IMG/VR virus record: IMGVR_UViG_2061766007_000075
Span: 1 to 64,000 of that record
Strand: one strand, 5' to 3'
DNA from: an uncultured virus (IMG/VR IMGVR_UViG_2061766007_000075)
Lineage: Duplodnaviria; Heunggongvirae; Uroviricota; Caudoviricetes
Length of the DNA: 64,000 nucleotides
The notes below the pieces were generated by a model. It was not told where the DNA came from and did not search any database. It was given only the letters and a program-made list of their open reading frames with translations. Below are positions 1 through 9,127 of the stretch, piece after piece. Both the position numbers and the translations under genes were made by a program. Numbering within the stretch: the first letter of the stretch is position 1; each line of letters begins with the position of its first letter.

Positions 1-663
1 GCCGCAGCTTCGCTCGGCTCCCAGGCTACGGCCAACGCCAATGCCGAGATGATTCTGAACGCCATCAACGGCACGGACGCCGACGTCCGCCTGCTTGCTA
101 CGACTCTGAACGGCGATGTGGATTCCATTCGCCTCGCTATCAACACCGTCCAGGGCGCCATTGCAAACGTGGCAAATCAGACAGGGCTTACCGGTCTCCA
201 GGTAATTAACGAGTTGCAGCGAGGCAATTCAGATATTGCGTCACGCATCTGTAGTTGTTGCTGCGAACTCAAGCAAGGCATCCTTACGCAGGGTTTCGAA
301 AACAAGCTTGCCACCGTAAATCAAACTAATACTTTGATGAGCGGCATCGCGGATCTCAAGGCTACGATGATTGACCAGTTCTGTCAGGCCGAGAAGCGCG
401 ACATGCAGGACAAGATTAACACCCAGGGCGACATTATTACTCAGCTCCGTAACGAGGCCGATAACGCACGACAGACCAATGCGGTGGCTGCGATGCTTGC
501 GCCTATTGCAAAGGAAGTGGACGACATAAAATGCAAACTTCCAAGCACGGCCACTGTAAATTATCCCAATTTAGTCGCCGTATCGACTACGCCGAACTAT
601 GGTTTCGGTAGCGGTTTTAATGGCTGGGGCTACGGCATTCCTGGCGGCAGTTACTGGGGATAG
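1..663 (+). CDS. Conserved phage hypothetical coiled-coil protein with CSCCC motif and Gly/Tyr-rich C-terminus (5' partial)
   Basis: Frame is open from base 1; motifs ICSCCCE, QFCQ, IKCK and tail YGFGSGFNGWGYG. Confidence 0.8.
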   Translation, partial: AAASLGSQATANANAEMILNAINGTDADVRLLATTLNGDVDSIRLAINTVQGAIANVANQTGLTGLQVINELQRGNSDIASRICSCCCELKQGILTQGFENKLATVNQTNTLMSGIADLKATMIDQFCQAEKRDMQDKINTQGDIITQLRNEADNARQTNAVAAMLAPIAKEVDDIKCKLPSTATVNYPNLVAVSTTPNYGFGSGFNGWGYGIPGGSYWG

Positions 664-671
664 TGTTTAAC

Positions 672-705
672 TGAATAGGTGGAGCGCAAAAACTCCGCCT
701 ATTCA
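672..705 (+). other. Intercistronic stem-loop without U-tract
   Basis: TGAATAGGTGGAG (672-684) pairs with CTCCGCCTATTCA (693-705). Confidence 0.65.
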
Positions 706-721
706 TAAAAACTACGATAAT

Positions 722-1060
722 ATGGCAAGATGGCCCTTTCAGTACGTTAACATAAACGGCATTCCGACCATTCAGGCTCGTTCCGTTACCGTCTCAGAAA
801 CCTCGGTTGATTTCAAGTTCAACCCGGACTGGGATCGCAGACCTTTCCGTGGGCTCATCCTCGTGTATCTTTCCGAGGCAATCCCGGAAGGGACAACTAC
901 TACCCTGCCCATCCGTTTTTCTATGGCTGGCACCACAAGCAACGTGACACTCGCCGGCGGAGACAACTGGACGGTTGCAGATGTACCAGGTGTAGGTGTT
1001 TACCTACTTTATTATGATCGGCTGGCAGATACTCTCCAGCTGTTGGCACCAACAATTTAA
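722..1060 (+). CDS. Hypothetical beta-rich protein
   Basis: 112-aa ORF, A-rich start context, operon spacing. Confidence 0.8.
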   Translation: MARWPFQYVNINGIPTIQARSVTVSETSVDFKFNPDWDRRPFRGLILVYLSEAIPEGTTTTLPIRFSMAGTTSNVTLAGGDNWTVADVPGVGVYLLYYDRLADTLQLLAPTI

Positions 1061-1072
1061 TCACAAACAATT

Positions 1073-1588
1073 ATGCTCAGCACACTTAGACAAGGCACAC
1101 CGGTATTCGTGATTTTCCGAAACGGTCCCCGCGTCGCAACCGCGAAAGTTGCTCAAATTTCAAGTCAGTATCCTCCGCAGTTTAATCTGCAGATGGCTCA
1201 AATGGGGAATAATATGTCCCCGATGTTTGACCTTACCCTGGAATTGGACGGGAAAGCAGAACTGTTCCAGAGGATTCCGGTAAACACCTCAATAGCGGAG
1301 TTCCCCGAGAAGGGAATAATCCTCAGTGAAACCCGAGAAGGCGTCGTCAATGAGGTTTCCGCCATCCGGGGCAATGCCGTATCCGAACTGGACAAGCGCT
1401 CGTATTACGAGCAGACCGTCGCCAACTGCGACCAAATCCTTCTGGATATCAATCCGGATTTAAAGCGGGAGCAGGAGCAGGCGGCCAAGATTTCCCAACT
1501 CGAGGAGCGGCTGGCAGGAATGAGTGACCAGCTCGCAGCGATTACGGGGATGATCTCCAAGTCGCTGGGCAAAAAGAAGGAGGAATAA
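1073..1588 (+). CDS. Hypothetical protein with C-terminal coiled coil
   Basis: 171-aa ORF in operon; heptad-like C-terminus. Confidence 0.8.
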   Translation: MLSTLRQGTPVFVIFRNGPRVATAKVAQISSQYPPQFNLQMAQMGNNMSPMFDLTLELDGKAELFQRIPVNTSIAEFPEKGIILSETREGVVNEVSAIRGNAVSELDKRSYYEQTVANCDQILLDINPDLKREQEQAAKISQLEERLAGMSDQLAAITGMISKSLGKKKEE

Positions 1589-1591
1589 CAA

Positions 1592-1861
1592 ATGGGATAC
1601 TCAGTTTACAACTTCAAGGGCGGGCGCCATCACGCCGAAAGCGAGGCCGATGAATTCTTCGAGGCAGCCGAGAAGGCTCGCAAAGCCGTCGAGAAGATGC
1701 ACGATCTCGCCTGCGAGATGGAAGACCGTTACTCCGAGCGTTATTACGGCGAACGTTACGACAGGCGTGCCGACCGTTATGATCGCCGTGACCACGAAAT
1801 GTGGGACGACGATATGTACGGCGATCGCAGACGTCGCGACTCCCGTGGACGCTATATGTAG
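1592..1861 (+). CDS. Hypothetical R/D/Y-rich low-complexity protein
   Basis: YGERYDRR repeats; ends RRRDSRGRYM. Confidence 0.8.
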   Translation: MGYSVYNFKGGRHHAESEADEFFEAAEKARKAVEKMHDLACEMEDRYSERYYGERYDRRADRYDRRDHEMWDDDMYGDRRRRDSRGRYM

Positions 1862-1869
1862 AACTAACC

Positions 1870-1892
1870 GGGGCGGGGCAACTCGCCCCTTT
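1870..1892 (+). terminator. GNRA-capped hairpin, weak terminator or stabiliser
   Basis: GGGGCGGG-GCAA-CTCGCCCC-TTT. Confidence 0.55.
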
Positions 1893-1906
1893 AAAAAACG
1901 ACCTAT

Positions 1907-2311
1907 ATGGCAGAAAGAATTGACGACTACGATGTGATGCCCAAGGGGCTTCGCCTCTACTTAAGTTACAACGGACGCCATTTCAGCAAGCCTCTCTATG
2001 AGTGGGCTGTAATGATGATGGAAACGCGAACCGGGGAAAAGGTCAGACCTGTCGAAAAGAGTGCTTTCGAGGAAAAGATGAGGGCAAACGGCATTACGCT
2101 GAAGAACGACAAGGGCTACGACGGTCCGTATGTCTGGGCAATGGGCACCTCAGACTACCTGGGATCGTCCGTCCCGGATGAACCCCATCTCGCCAAGTAC
2201 GTTGCTGACTACATTGACGACAAAGACGGCAGTCCGACACGAGCCTTTGATGAATTCTATGCCAAGACAATGGCTCTCGGCATACCGATTGTCTGGGAAG
2301 ATGTCATATGA
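1907..2311 (+). CDS. Conserved phage hypothetical helical protein
   Basis: 134-aa ORF; ATGA overlap with the next gene. Confidence 0.8.
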   Translation: MAERIDDYDVMPKGLRLYLSYNGRHFSKPLYEWAVMMMETRTGEKVRPVEKSAFEEKMRANGITLKNDKGYDGPYVWAMGTSDYLGSSVPDEPHLAKYVADYIDDKDGSPTRAFDEFYAKTMALGIPIVWEDVI

Positions 2312-2718
2312 TTGTCCGTCGGTTAAGGCTCCAGCGCTGGGATTTTGAATTCTATTTCTCCTTCGACATATACGATAAGGAGCGCATCTTGGACGCCCTC
2401 TTCTGGGCAGACGCGCCCGATTCTCTCGTTTCCCAAGTGTCAGAGAATATCAGCGCTGGGCGCCTTAACGAGGGCTTCTGCTACAGCAATCCCTGGCTAA
2501 GAAGAACCGTCCTCGGAACGGGGATGGCTAGTTCCGGGCCGGAGGTGCTAAACTCAATGGTCCACGAAATAATCCACATCTGCCAGCATATCGCTCTGGA
2601 AGATGGGATTGACCCGTACAGCGAGGAATTCGCCTATCTGGGCGGGGATATAGCACGCGACGTGTCAGACATCGTATGCGAGCTGTCCTGCCCGCATTGC
2701 AATAACAGGCGCGAGTAG
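2308..2718 (+). CDS. Putative HExxH zinc metalloprotease-like protein
   Basis: VHEIIH...SEEFAY motif; C-terminal CPHC. Confidence 0.6.
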   Translation: MIVRRLRLQRWDFEFYFSFDIYDKERILDALFWADAPDSLVSQVSENISAGRLNEGFCYSNPWLRRTVLGTGMASSGPEVLNSMVHEIIHICQHIALEDGIDPYSEEFAYLGGDIARDVSDIVCELSCPHCNNRRE

Positions 2719-2740
2719 CGGCAAGTTGCGCTCGGCCTAT

Positions 2741-2776
2741 AAGCCCTGGGTTTTGCGGTTCCCAGGGCTTTCTTTT
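2741..2776. terminator. Intrinsic terminator at the convergence of the two transcription units
   Basis: Perfect 10-bp inverted repeat AAGCCCTGGG/CCCAGGGCTT followed by TCTTTT. Confidence 0.8.
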
Positions 2777-2863
2777 AATATCTTCTGTTAGCAATAAGCC
2801 GTCGAGCGATATGAGTGCAGGTGTATCCCCGTCGGTTTTGCGGTTGCCGACGGGTATTTGTGG

Positions 2864-3088
2864 TTATGGACAGATATAGTCCGCAAGGTCGAACGCCTTG
2901 CTGTAGAAGTACGCGACAGGGATGTGCGCCTCGGCAATGAACTTCCTAACGGTTTTCCACTTGGGCACAGTCTTGCCGTTCTCAATTTTTGACAACGCGG
3001 ACGGCGTGCAGCCTATCATTTCCGCGACCTTCGCTCGGGACAGACCAATCTCCTCTCGAACGGTTCTAAATGCATTTCCGATGTTCAT
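2864..3088 (-). CDS. XRE/Cro-like HTH transcriptional regulator
   Basis: VREEIGLSRAKVAEMIGCTPSALSKIENGKTVP, HTH_3 pattern. Confidence 0.9.
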   Translation of the reverse strand: MNIGNAFRTVREEIGLSRAKVAEMIGCTPSALSKIENGKTVPKWKTVRKFIAEAHIPVAYFYSKAFDLADYICP

Positions 3089-3447
3089 AGTTTATTCTTG
3101 TATAAAAGTACATCGCCTTCAATCTCTTCCTCTTCTTCCTCAAAGTAAGCGTTTCCCATCGCTTCAGAGAGAAACGACGAAAAACAACACACGAATTTCT
3201 CGTTATCGTTCAACTCAGTCTCGCCCATAGTCTTAAGAATGGAATGTGTCAGTTCGTGATAAAAGGTGTTTATCTTACTCCCCTCTGACTGCGAATCGGT
3301 CTTGTTGAAATGCTCGGCGATTTCAATGAAACCGCCACACAGATTACATATACCCGCGCAGTTGTCGTCACTGCGGTCCACTTGCCTCACCGTCATCTCC
3401 GCTCCGCCGACCTTGAATTTCTTCGGAATCTTCACATACTTTTTCAT
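3085..3447 (-). CDS. HExxH metallopeptidase-like protein
   Basis: TFYHELTHSIL motif; acidic tail. Confidence 0.6.
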   Translation of the reverse strand: MKKYVKIPKKFKVGGAEMTVRQVDRSDDNCAGICNLCGGFIEIAEHFNKTDSQSEGSKINTFYHELTHSILKTMGETELNDNEKFVCCFSSFLSEAMGNAYFEEEEEEIEGDVLLYKNKL

Positions 3448-3586
3448 CTTTTTTATCTTTTTTATCGCTATTAAATGTTATTCGTATCCCCTCCCACGGG
3501 AGAATCATTGCTATCAGAAGCATCAGCCCGAGCCAGTGCAAAAAGTTTCCAAAAAAGAACTCGCAGATAAATTTAACCGTTTCCAT
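3368..3586 (-). CDS. Small putative membrane protein
   Basis: Hydrophobic stretch FLHWLGLMLLIAMILPW; fills operon gap but overlaps its neighbour. Confidence 0.5.
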   Translation of the reverse strand: METVKFICEFFFGNFLHWLGLMLLIAMILPWEGIRITFNSDKKDKKDEKVCEDSEEIQGRRSGDDGEASGPQ

Positions 3587-3902
3587 TGTCCTTCCTTAAC
3601 ATCTCAAGTTCCACTACCGAGCACGCTAACGCCATCCATGTTTCACACAAAAAAGCCTCTCTTCTCCCAACAAAGCGCACTTTGCCCCAGAACTTACGCT
3701 TACTGACGAAATGATTTTCGGAGAGTTTAGGCTTTTCAATAGAACTGAGATATATCCATTCATGAATATAAGCACCGAGGGCTTTGTCATAATAGACAAA
3801 ATGCTTTACGCGCCTCCCGTTATCTGAGTTATCGCTTTGTATCCTTGTCTCAAACCGTATTTCGTCGAGATTGGCAAATCGTATTGTCTCTAATCTAATC
3901 AT
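3573..3902 (-). CDS. Hypothetical protein
   Basis: Coupled ORF in the leftward operon. Confidence 0.65.
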   Translation of the reverse strand: MIRLETIRFANLDEIRFETRIQSDNSDNGRRVKHFVYYDKALGAYIHEWIYLSSIEKPKLSENHFVSKRKFWGKVRFVGRREAFLCETWMALACSVVELEMLRKDNGNG

Positions 3903-4324
3903 CTGTTTTCCCTCCTTTCGTTAAATAACCGCAGAACTTCGGTATAAATGTTCTGCTCTCCGACTATTTTTCCTTCGCCGATAATATCCATTGCGATTGT
4001 TACTATGGTTGAAGCATCCTCCCAAGTCAACGTAAGGTCTTTCCCCCTCACCTCATCCATAAACTCGTCCACATCGACTCCCTCCCAGGACTTCTTGGCG
4101 AGCGCTATCTTCTCGTCGAGCTCTTTCATCGCCTTGTCAGCATCTCGGCTTTCCTCCCCTAGTTCATTCACCGCCTCTGCTCCGAGTTGCACCCCGTGGA
4201 GAAATCTGCAAGCTCCGTAGGTCTCGGCGATTTGCTCAACAGCATTGGAGATGTTCTCTTGGGGCATCCCGTAGTAGGCGAGGATTTTCTCAAGGACGGT
4301 GGTGTTGTCTGGCGTAGTGTTCAT
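3899..4324 (-). CDS. Hypothetical protein
   Basis: 4-nt overlaps with both neighbours. Confidence 0.75.
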   Translation of the reverse strand: MNTTPDNTTVLEKILAYYGMPQENISNAVEQIAETYGACRFLHGVQLGAEAVNELGEESRDADKAMKELDEKIALAKKSWEGVDVDEFMDEVRGKDLTLTWEDASTIVTIAMDIIGEGKIVGEQNIYTEVLRLFNERRENR

Positions 4325-4746
4325 AGTTCAATCTCCTTTTCAATTCCGCAAAGCCGAAAGGCGTGTTGAAGTTCGTGGACATTTTCAATGTCACATGAGT
4401 GTACCATGTTTATTCCGCCTTCGTGAGAACAAGTCGTTTCAATCCTTGTTAACAATGCAACGCCACTCCTCAATCCCTTGTAAAATGTAATTGTAACGGT
4501 TGTACTTTTACGCTCCCATATACCTCCCCACGCATACTCTCCAATGATACAACTGCTACCTTTGTCAGTTTGCTTAAACCCGTTTTTCTCCAAGATTTCG
4601 GGCGTGAGGGGGATAGGGTCAATAATCTCTATATTTGAAATGCGTCGGGTTGTTTCTATAATACCATCACAAGTTAGCGATGTAACTCTTGCATTCTCGT
4701 CCCCATCAGCCACCCAGTCTCCGAGCATTAACTCTTGTGCTTTCAT
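4321..4746 (-). CDS. Conserved phage hypothetical protein (YopX-like pattern)
   Basis: ELMLGDWV...PIPLTPEILEKNGF...VHELQHAFRLCGI. Confidence 0.7.
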   Translation of the reverse strand: MKAQELMLGDWVADGDENARVTSLTCDGIIETTRRISNIEIIDPIPLTPEILEKNGFKQTDKGSSCIIGEYAWGGIWERKSTTVTITFYKGLRSGVALLTRIETTCSHEGGINMVHSCDIENVHELQHAFRLCGIEKEIEL

Positions 4747-4767
4747 TTGCTTCCCTCATTTCTTGCG

Positions 4768-5217
4768 TTAAAATCCGCATTCAATAGCCGTATTCACACA
4801 CTCCGTATCAATGTAATAACTGATAAGTTCTTGAATAGTCATTTTTACTTTTCTGCCGATGCAATTAAATTCAATGACCTTCTCCAAATCCACCTCCGGC
4901 TGTTCCTGCTCATAAAACCCAGTACATTCATACACACCGTTTTCGTTTATCAGACTTCGCATTCCACCGTGCGGATTATAACAACAATCATCTTTTCCAT
5001 GATGGATACATTTTGAGCATATTTCTTCCGGATGTTCCTGCTGGAGAGAGTTCTTTTCCAAACGAGTAATCACAGCCAGGACTTCACGAAAAGCATTTAT
5101 CCTGCACATCTGCAAGAGTATAGTTTCTCTATCTACCGGGGCTGGTTCGCTTTCTAATTCTGCAATTTTCCCCTTTATCTCGGAAGTTAGTTTGTCGGTG
5201 TCAATGTATTTTGCCAT
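4768..5217 (-). CDS. Hypothetical protein with Cys cluster
   Basis: CSKCIHH...CC...C motif. Confidence 0.7.
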   Translation of the reverse strand: MAKYIDTDKLTSEIKGKIAELESEPAPVDRETILLQMCRINAFREVLAVITRLEKNSLQQEHPEEICSKCIHHGKDDCCYNPHGGMRSLINENGVYECTGFYEQEQPEVDLEKVIEFNCIGRKVKMTIQELISYYIDTECVNTAIECGF

Positions 5218-5314
5218 AATCTAATCAATTAAAAAGGGTGCAAGCTTGCCCGCTTCCAACGAGACCAGTTTTTCAAGGACTGATAACATTGCACCCTATG
5301 TTTTTACATCAGTT

Positions 5315-6073
5315 TCATGCCTCTGACTTAAGTCTTTTCAGCGTATTCTCAAGTAAGGAGATAGTCTGCTTCTTCATATCAGACTTTATAACGTCAAGAG
5401 TATTATTTACTGCAACTGTCTGCACATCATCTTTCCTATCTGAATTCATGTTGGATGATGTGGCAATATATTTTGCAGCATTAACAAGAGCTTCAGGTTC
5501 AATAATACTGTTGATAGCTCCAAGTACATCCTCGAATCCTTTGAATGAGACCTCACACCATGTCCACCCGTCTCCTATTGACCGGTACACTTTGCCTGAT
5601 GTGCCTTCTTCCCAGGAATCCATGACAACCGTTATATGTGAGATAGGTTCGCTGTAGATATTCTTCATGACAAAACTATCACCGAGACCCCTGCCACCCC
5701 AGCAGAACTTCTCTCCCCACTGAGGCATACTGAAACCTAGTAATTCCATGTAATCCCTCACATAGTGCATTACCTTGTATGGTTCTCTTGTTACAGGACA
5801 ATACACATAGGATGGAAAGGGCTTACTTTCATTGTCCTTTTTAGCTTGTGATAGCATTTTTGAAAAGGCATTGTAAGGTTCTCCATTGTACATGTATTTG
5901 TAGAAGTCTCCATCCTTGACAAGTTCGAACGATGTAACATAGTTGAAGCCCTTGTGGAAGACATTAACTTTATTGTCCTTGTCTGGGAGCAATATTATGT
6001 CATACTCATCCATCAATGTCTTCAGCAAACCATCTCTTTGGTAAATTGCTTTTACTGGTCTTCCTCGTTTCAT
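5315..6073 (-). CDS. Hypothetical protein
   Basis: 252-aa ORF in an AT-richer block. Confidence 0.75.
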   Translation of the reverse strand: MKRGRPVKAIYQRDGLLKTLMDEYDIILLPDKDNKVNVFHKGFNYVTSFELVKDGDFYKYMYNGEPYNAFSKMLSQAKKDNESKPFPSYVYCPVTREPYKVMHYVRDYMELLGFSMPQWGEKFCWGGRGLGDSFVMKNIYSEPISHITVVMDSWEEGTSGKVYRSIGDGWTWCEVSFKGFEDVLGAINSIIEPEALVNAAKYIATSSNMNSDRKDDVQTVAVNNTLDVIKSDMKKQTISLLENTLKRLKSEA

Positions 6074-6116
6074 ATTTAATTTATTTTAATATCTCAATCT
6101 GCTCCTCACTGGGTTT

Positions 6117-7151
6117 CTATTGAGTAGGAATCTCATCGTTATAATAAAGTTTCTTTAATTCCTCAAATAATTCACAAAGAGTTGATGCTGGATATCCGTT
6201 TTGAAATTCTCCTTTAAGAGCCGTTTCAAAAGCATCCATTTCTTGCTTGCTGGGTTTCCAATGAGGTTGAGGACGGAGAGATTTGAGCCAAATAATACAT
6301 TCTTTTGCATCTTCTCCATACAGTGAATTTGGATAAATGAAACTACAGAGATGATTAGTTATTTTATCTCGCATCTCCTCATCCTCCTCGCTCCACTCTG
6401 TCACGTTAAGCTCTTTACTTGGATACTTAAGTGCTTCTTTCCCAACGTAAAACCAGATACCTCGTACAATGTCCTTTAATGTTTTATCATCAATAAGTAT
6501 AGTAGAAGACATACTACCATCTTCACTATGCCAAGTTAGTTTATCGTCAAGGAGATTCCGTATATTCTCTTCAAAATTATCGCTCCACTCTGCTGGCTTC
6601 TGCTCTTTCTGTAACTCTGCGTCTATTTCATCAGATACTCTTTTCATTACCTCTGGGTTACAATTCTCCACACACTTGTCAAACAGAGCATTTCTCTTGG
6701 TGTAGTTAGGTTCTTTCTGCTTTTCGAGGTATGAGAGAATATTCTTAATCGGCTCTCCTGCAAACGTACCTATTGCCTGATTTGCCAACATAGAATTAAA
6801 CCCTCTCATCATAGCTTTCCGTATCCTCTCATCCTCACTCTCCTTTTCTCTTACAATAACTTTTCCGTCTTTAATAGTTGCCTCCATACCTTCTGGAATG
6901 GTATATTCCCAACCTTTTAATTCGGAGTCTTTTGCTCTAAAAAGGTCTTCATAAACACTATCAAATGCCTCTTGCATAAATTCACTTGGATTATATATTG
7001 CATTTAATAGTTCTTCATCCTCGTTCTCTGCAAGTTCGGGGAAGATATTTTCATATCGTGCAACTGCAGAATATTCTTCAACTGCCTTTGCATTATCACG
7101 ATACATTCTTGCTTTTTCAAGTGCTTCGTTGTATTTCTTTTTGTAATCCAT
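6117..7151 (-). CDS. Modular repeat-type phage hypothetical protein
   Basis: Recurrent ESEDERIRK, QKPAEWS, EWSEEDE and WKPS motifs. Confidence 0.8.
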   Translation of the reverse strand: MDYKKKYNEALEKARMYRDNAKAVEEYSAVARYENIFPELAENEDEELLNAIYNPSEFMQEAFDSVYEDLFRAKDSELKGWEYTIPEGMEATIKDGKVIVREKESEDERIRKAMMRGFNSMLANQAIGTFAGEPIKNILSYLEKQKEPNYTKRNALFDKCVENCNPEVMKRVSDEIDAELQKEQKPAEWSDNFEENIRNLLDDKLTWHSEDGSMSSTILIDDKTLKDIVRGIWFYVGKEALKYPSKELNVTEWSEEDEEMRDKITNHLCSFIYPNSLYGEDAKECIIWLKSLRPQPHWKPSKQEMDAFETALKGEFQNGYPASTLCELFEELKKLYYNDEIPTQ

Positions 7152-7175
7152 ATCTAAATCAAATTTTTAATTTTT

Positions 7176-7258
7176 AAAAAAGAACAGCAGAACCAAGTTG
7201 GAAATCATTCCCGCCCCCCTATTTTAGAAGTTAGACAAGAAATTGATTCTGCTGTTCT
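7176..7258 (-). terminator. Large-loop hairpin with U-tract (terminator or structured RNA)
   Basis: AGAACAGCAGAA (7181-7192) / TTCTGCTGTTCT (7247-7258); A-run 7176-7180 gives a U-tract on the minus strand. Confidence 0.55.
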
Positions 7259-7261
7259 CGA

Positions 7262-7483
7262 CTAGTTCTTACCTAAAAACTCCTTTGCAATCGCCTTTGC
7301 TCGACGAAGCCGAGCTTGATCCTCGATTGTCAGCTTGTCACACTTGCTGTAAGCATACTCTATATCCGTTTCTGTTCCAGAGATAACGGCGACAAGTATC
7401 TGCAAGTATACCTTCATCAAGGCAGAGAGTTCAATATCGCAGCCAATCTCTTTCTCGGCTGGCGTGATAATTTTAGCGTCCAT
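7262..7483 (-). CDS. Hypothetical protein
   Basis: 73-aa ORF on the operon strand. Confidence 0.6.
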   Translation of the reverse strand: MDAKIITPAEKEIGCDIELSALMKVYLQILVAVISGTETDIEYAYSKCDKLTIEDQARLRRAKAIAKEFLGKN

Positions 7484-7634
7484 ATCGTATTTCTTTCGTT
7501 ATCTCATACCCAGGATACCGCAGCAGCAGATCGGTGTAGAAGTCCTGCGCCTTCCTCTCGTCGCGGAAAGTCCAAGACTTGCCTCCGCCCAATCCGTTGC
7601 GAACATATTCAAGTCTGACGATAATTTCCATTAC

Positions 7635-8201
7635 TTATTCTTCCTCTTTTGCCGATTCCCTCACATACAAATCCAAAGACTCATGCATCTTCAGCGACGA
7701 CGAACCGCGCCCGAACTGCGCCAAGAACTTCCCATCTGGGCTGTCGTATATCATCCCGTCATTGTCCTCGTAAGCAAGTTCCATGCCGTTCTCTTCTATG
7801 ATGTCGCGCGCCTCCTCGCGAGACAGTGCGCGGAAACTAAGAATCGGCAGTCCCTTTTCGGTGAATGTGCCTTGCTTTGGCACAAACGACGCGAGCGCCC
7901 ATTCGGTAGTGAATCCCGTGCCGATTATAATCGAGCGGACCTTATACTGAAACACCAATATCCCTGAAGCGTCGGCCCATATCTGCTCTCGATTGGCGAG
8001 GTAGTCTTCCAAGGAATGTTTCCCAAAGCTAAATCCGTAGGTGCTGAGGTGCTTTTTAACAGCTCTGAGGGTCGCGTCGCCGACGCCTTTGAGTTTCCCA
8101 AGCGACTTCCGCTTAATAAATCTGCACTCGGTGGGAGAGAAAAGTCCATATGCGCTGAGAAGCACTTCTATCTTGTCATCTTTAGTGTTCTGTTTACTCA
8201 T
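7635..8201 (-). CDS. Hypothetical protein with N-terminal RNA polymerase alpha-CTD-like HhH domain
   Basis: LSAYGL...SLGKLKGVGDATLRAVKKHLSTYGFSF. Confidence 0.55.
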   Translation of the reverse strand: MSKQNTKDDKIEVLLSAYGLFSPTECRFIKRKSLGKLKGVGDATLRAVKKHLSTYGFSFGKHSLEDYLANREQIWADASGILVFQYKVRSIIIGTGFTTEWALASFVPKQGTFTEKGLPILSFRALSREEARDIIEENGMELAYEDNDGMIYDSPDGKFLAQFGRGSSSLKMHESLDLYVRESAKEEE

Positions 8202-8820
8202 TATTGTATGTTTTTAGCCATTTTGTCGTTTTGCTGATATAACTCTGTATCGCGTCATGCAAACGTGTGCTTGTGTTCGGGTTGACGTCGTCTTTAATAA
8301 AGCATACCATGTTCGTTAATTTGTGAGAGCGGTTACGTATTCTCTCGAGTTCGGCACAAACTTCGTGATGCCCTGATTTCGTGTAGAATATCTCGCCCCA
8401 AGTAATCTGCGCGACTTGCGAGAAGATGTTGCAGAGCATAAGGCTTGCGACAGTCTTCTGCGCGTCGAAAGAGCACTCCTTGACTAAGTCCATAATTGCG
8501 ACTCGCATAAGCATCATCTCATTGGCGATGAAATCCTCGTAAGCGTCCATCATGTCTATGACGAAATCTCTCTGCTCCGCGTCAAGCGTGCGGAAGAGCC
8601 GCTGATTAAACATTCGGTAATCCGCTTGCCAAGCCTTAATCAGCATCTTCGCATTTTGCCTCGCGCCAATAGGAACGACCTCTCGCGAGAACTCTAGCTG
8701 CGCGCAGTCCATAATAATGAACGGCAAGAGGGGAGCGATGTCGTCCTCGCCCCGCTCGCCCGAAAGCAAGCAGAGCCTATGCGCTTTGCAAAAGGTCGAT
8801 ATTACGTCCGATACCCTCAT
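8194..8820 (-). CDS. Hypothetical protein
   Basis: 208-aa coupled ORF. Confidence 0.75.
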   Translation of the reverse strand: MRVSDVISTFCKAHRLCLLSGERGEDDIAPLLPFIIMDCAQLEFSREVVPIGARQNAKMLIKAWQADYRMFNQRLFRTLDAEQRDFVIDMMDAYEDFIANEMMLMRVAIMDLVKECSFDAQKTVASLMLCNIFSQVAQITWGEIFYTKSGHHEVCAELERIRNRSHKLTNMVCFIKDDVNPNTSTRLHDAIQSYISKTTKWLKTYNNE

Positions 8821-9116
8821 AACACATCTATGACGCCTACTTCATCTTCGTCACGGTCGGGAAGGTCTTGGATATATTCGATCGACCTAATGCTAACGTC
8901 ATCGATGTCCCAATCATAGTCGTGCTCGTAGTCATAGTTCTGAGCGACTATCCGCGCTTGCTCTTCCGAGAGCGCCCAAACCACGAGTTTAATATCGGCA
9001 GAGTCCTTAACCTTGTAGTCGAACACCCCCGAGCCTTTCCACTGCCATGGGCATGAAGCGTCTTCGGCGTAATAATGCCCGTCAATACACACACTTATTA
9101 TGTACTTCTTTAACAT
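8817..9116 (-). CDS. Acidic hypothetical protein
   Basis: Coupled ORF, D/E-rich C-terminus. Confidence 0.75.
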   Translation of the reverse strand: MLKKYIISVCIDGHYYAEDASCPWQWKGSGVFDYKVKDSADIKLVVWALSEEQARIVAQNYDYEHDYDWDIDDVSIRSIEYIQDLPDRDEDEVGVIDVL

Positions 9117-9127
9117 GTTTCACAGAT

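Noticed and set aside
2864..3447. ImmR/ImmA-type lysogeny switch (XRE plus HExxH)
   Set aside because: Both genes sit at the distal end of a long operon with no divergent promoter or operator repeats seen; adjacency alone is insufficient
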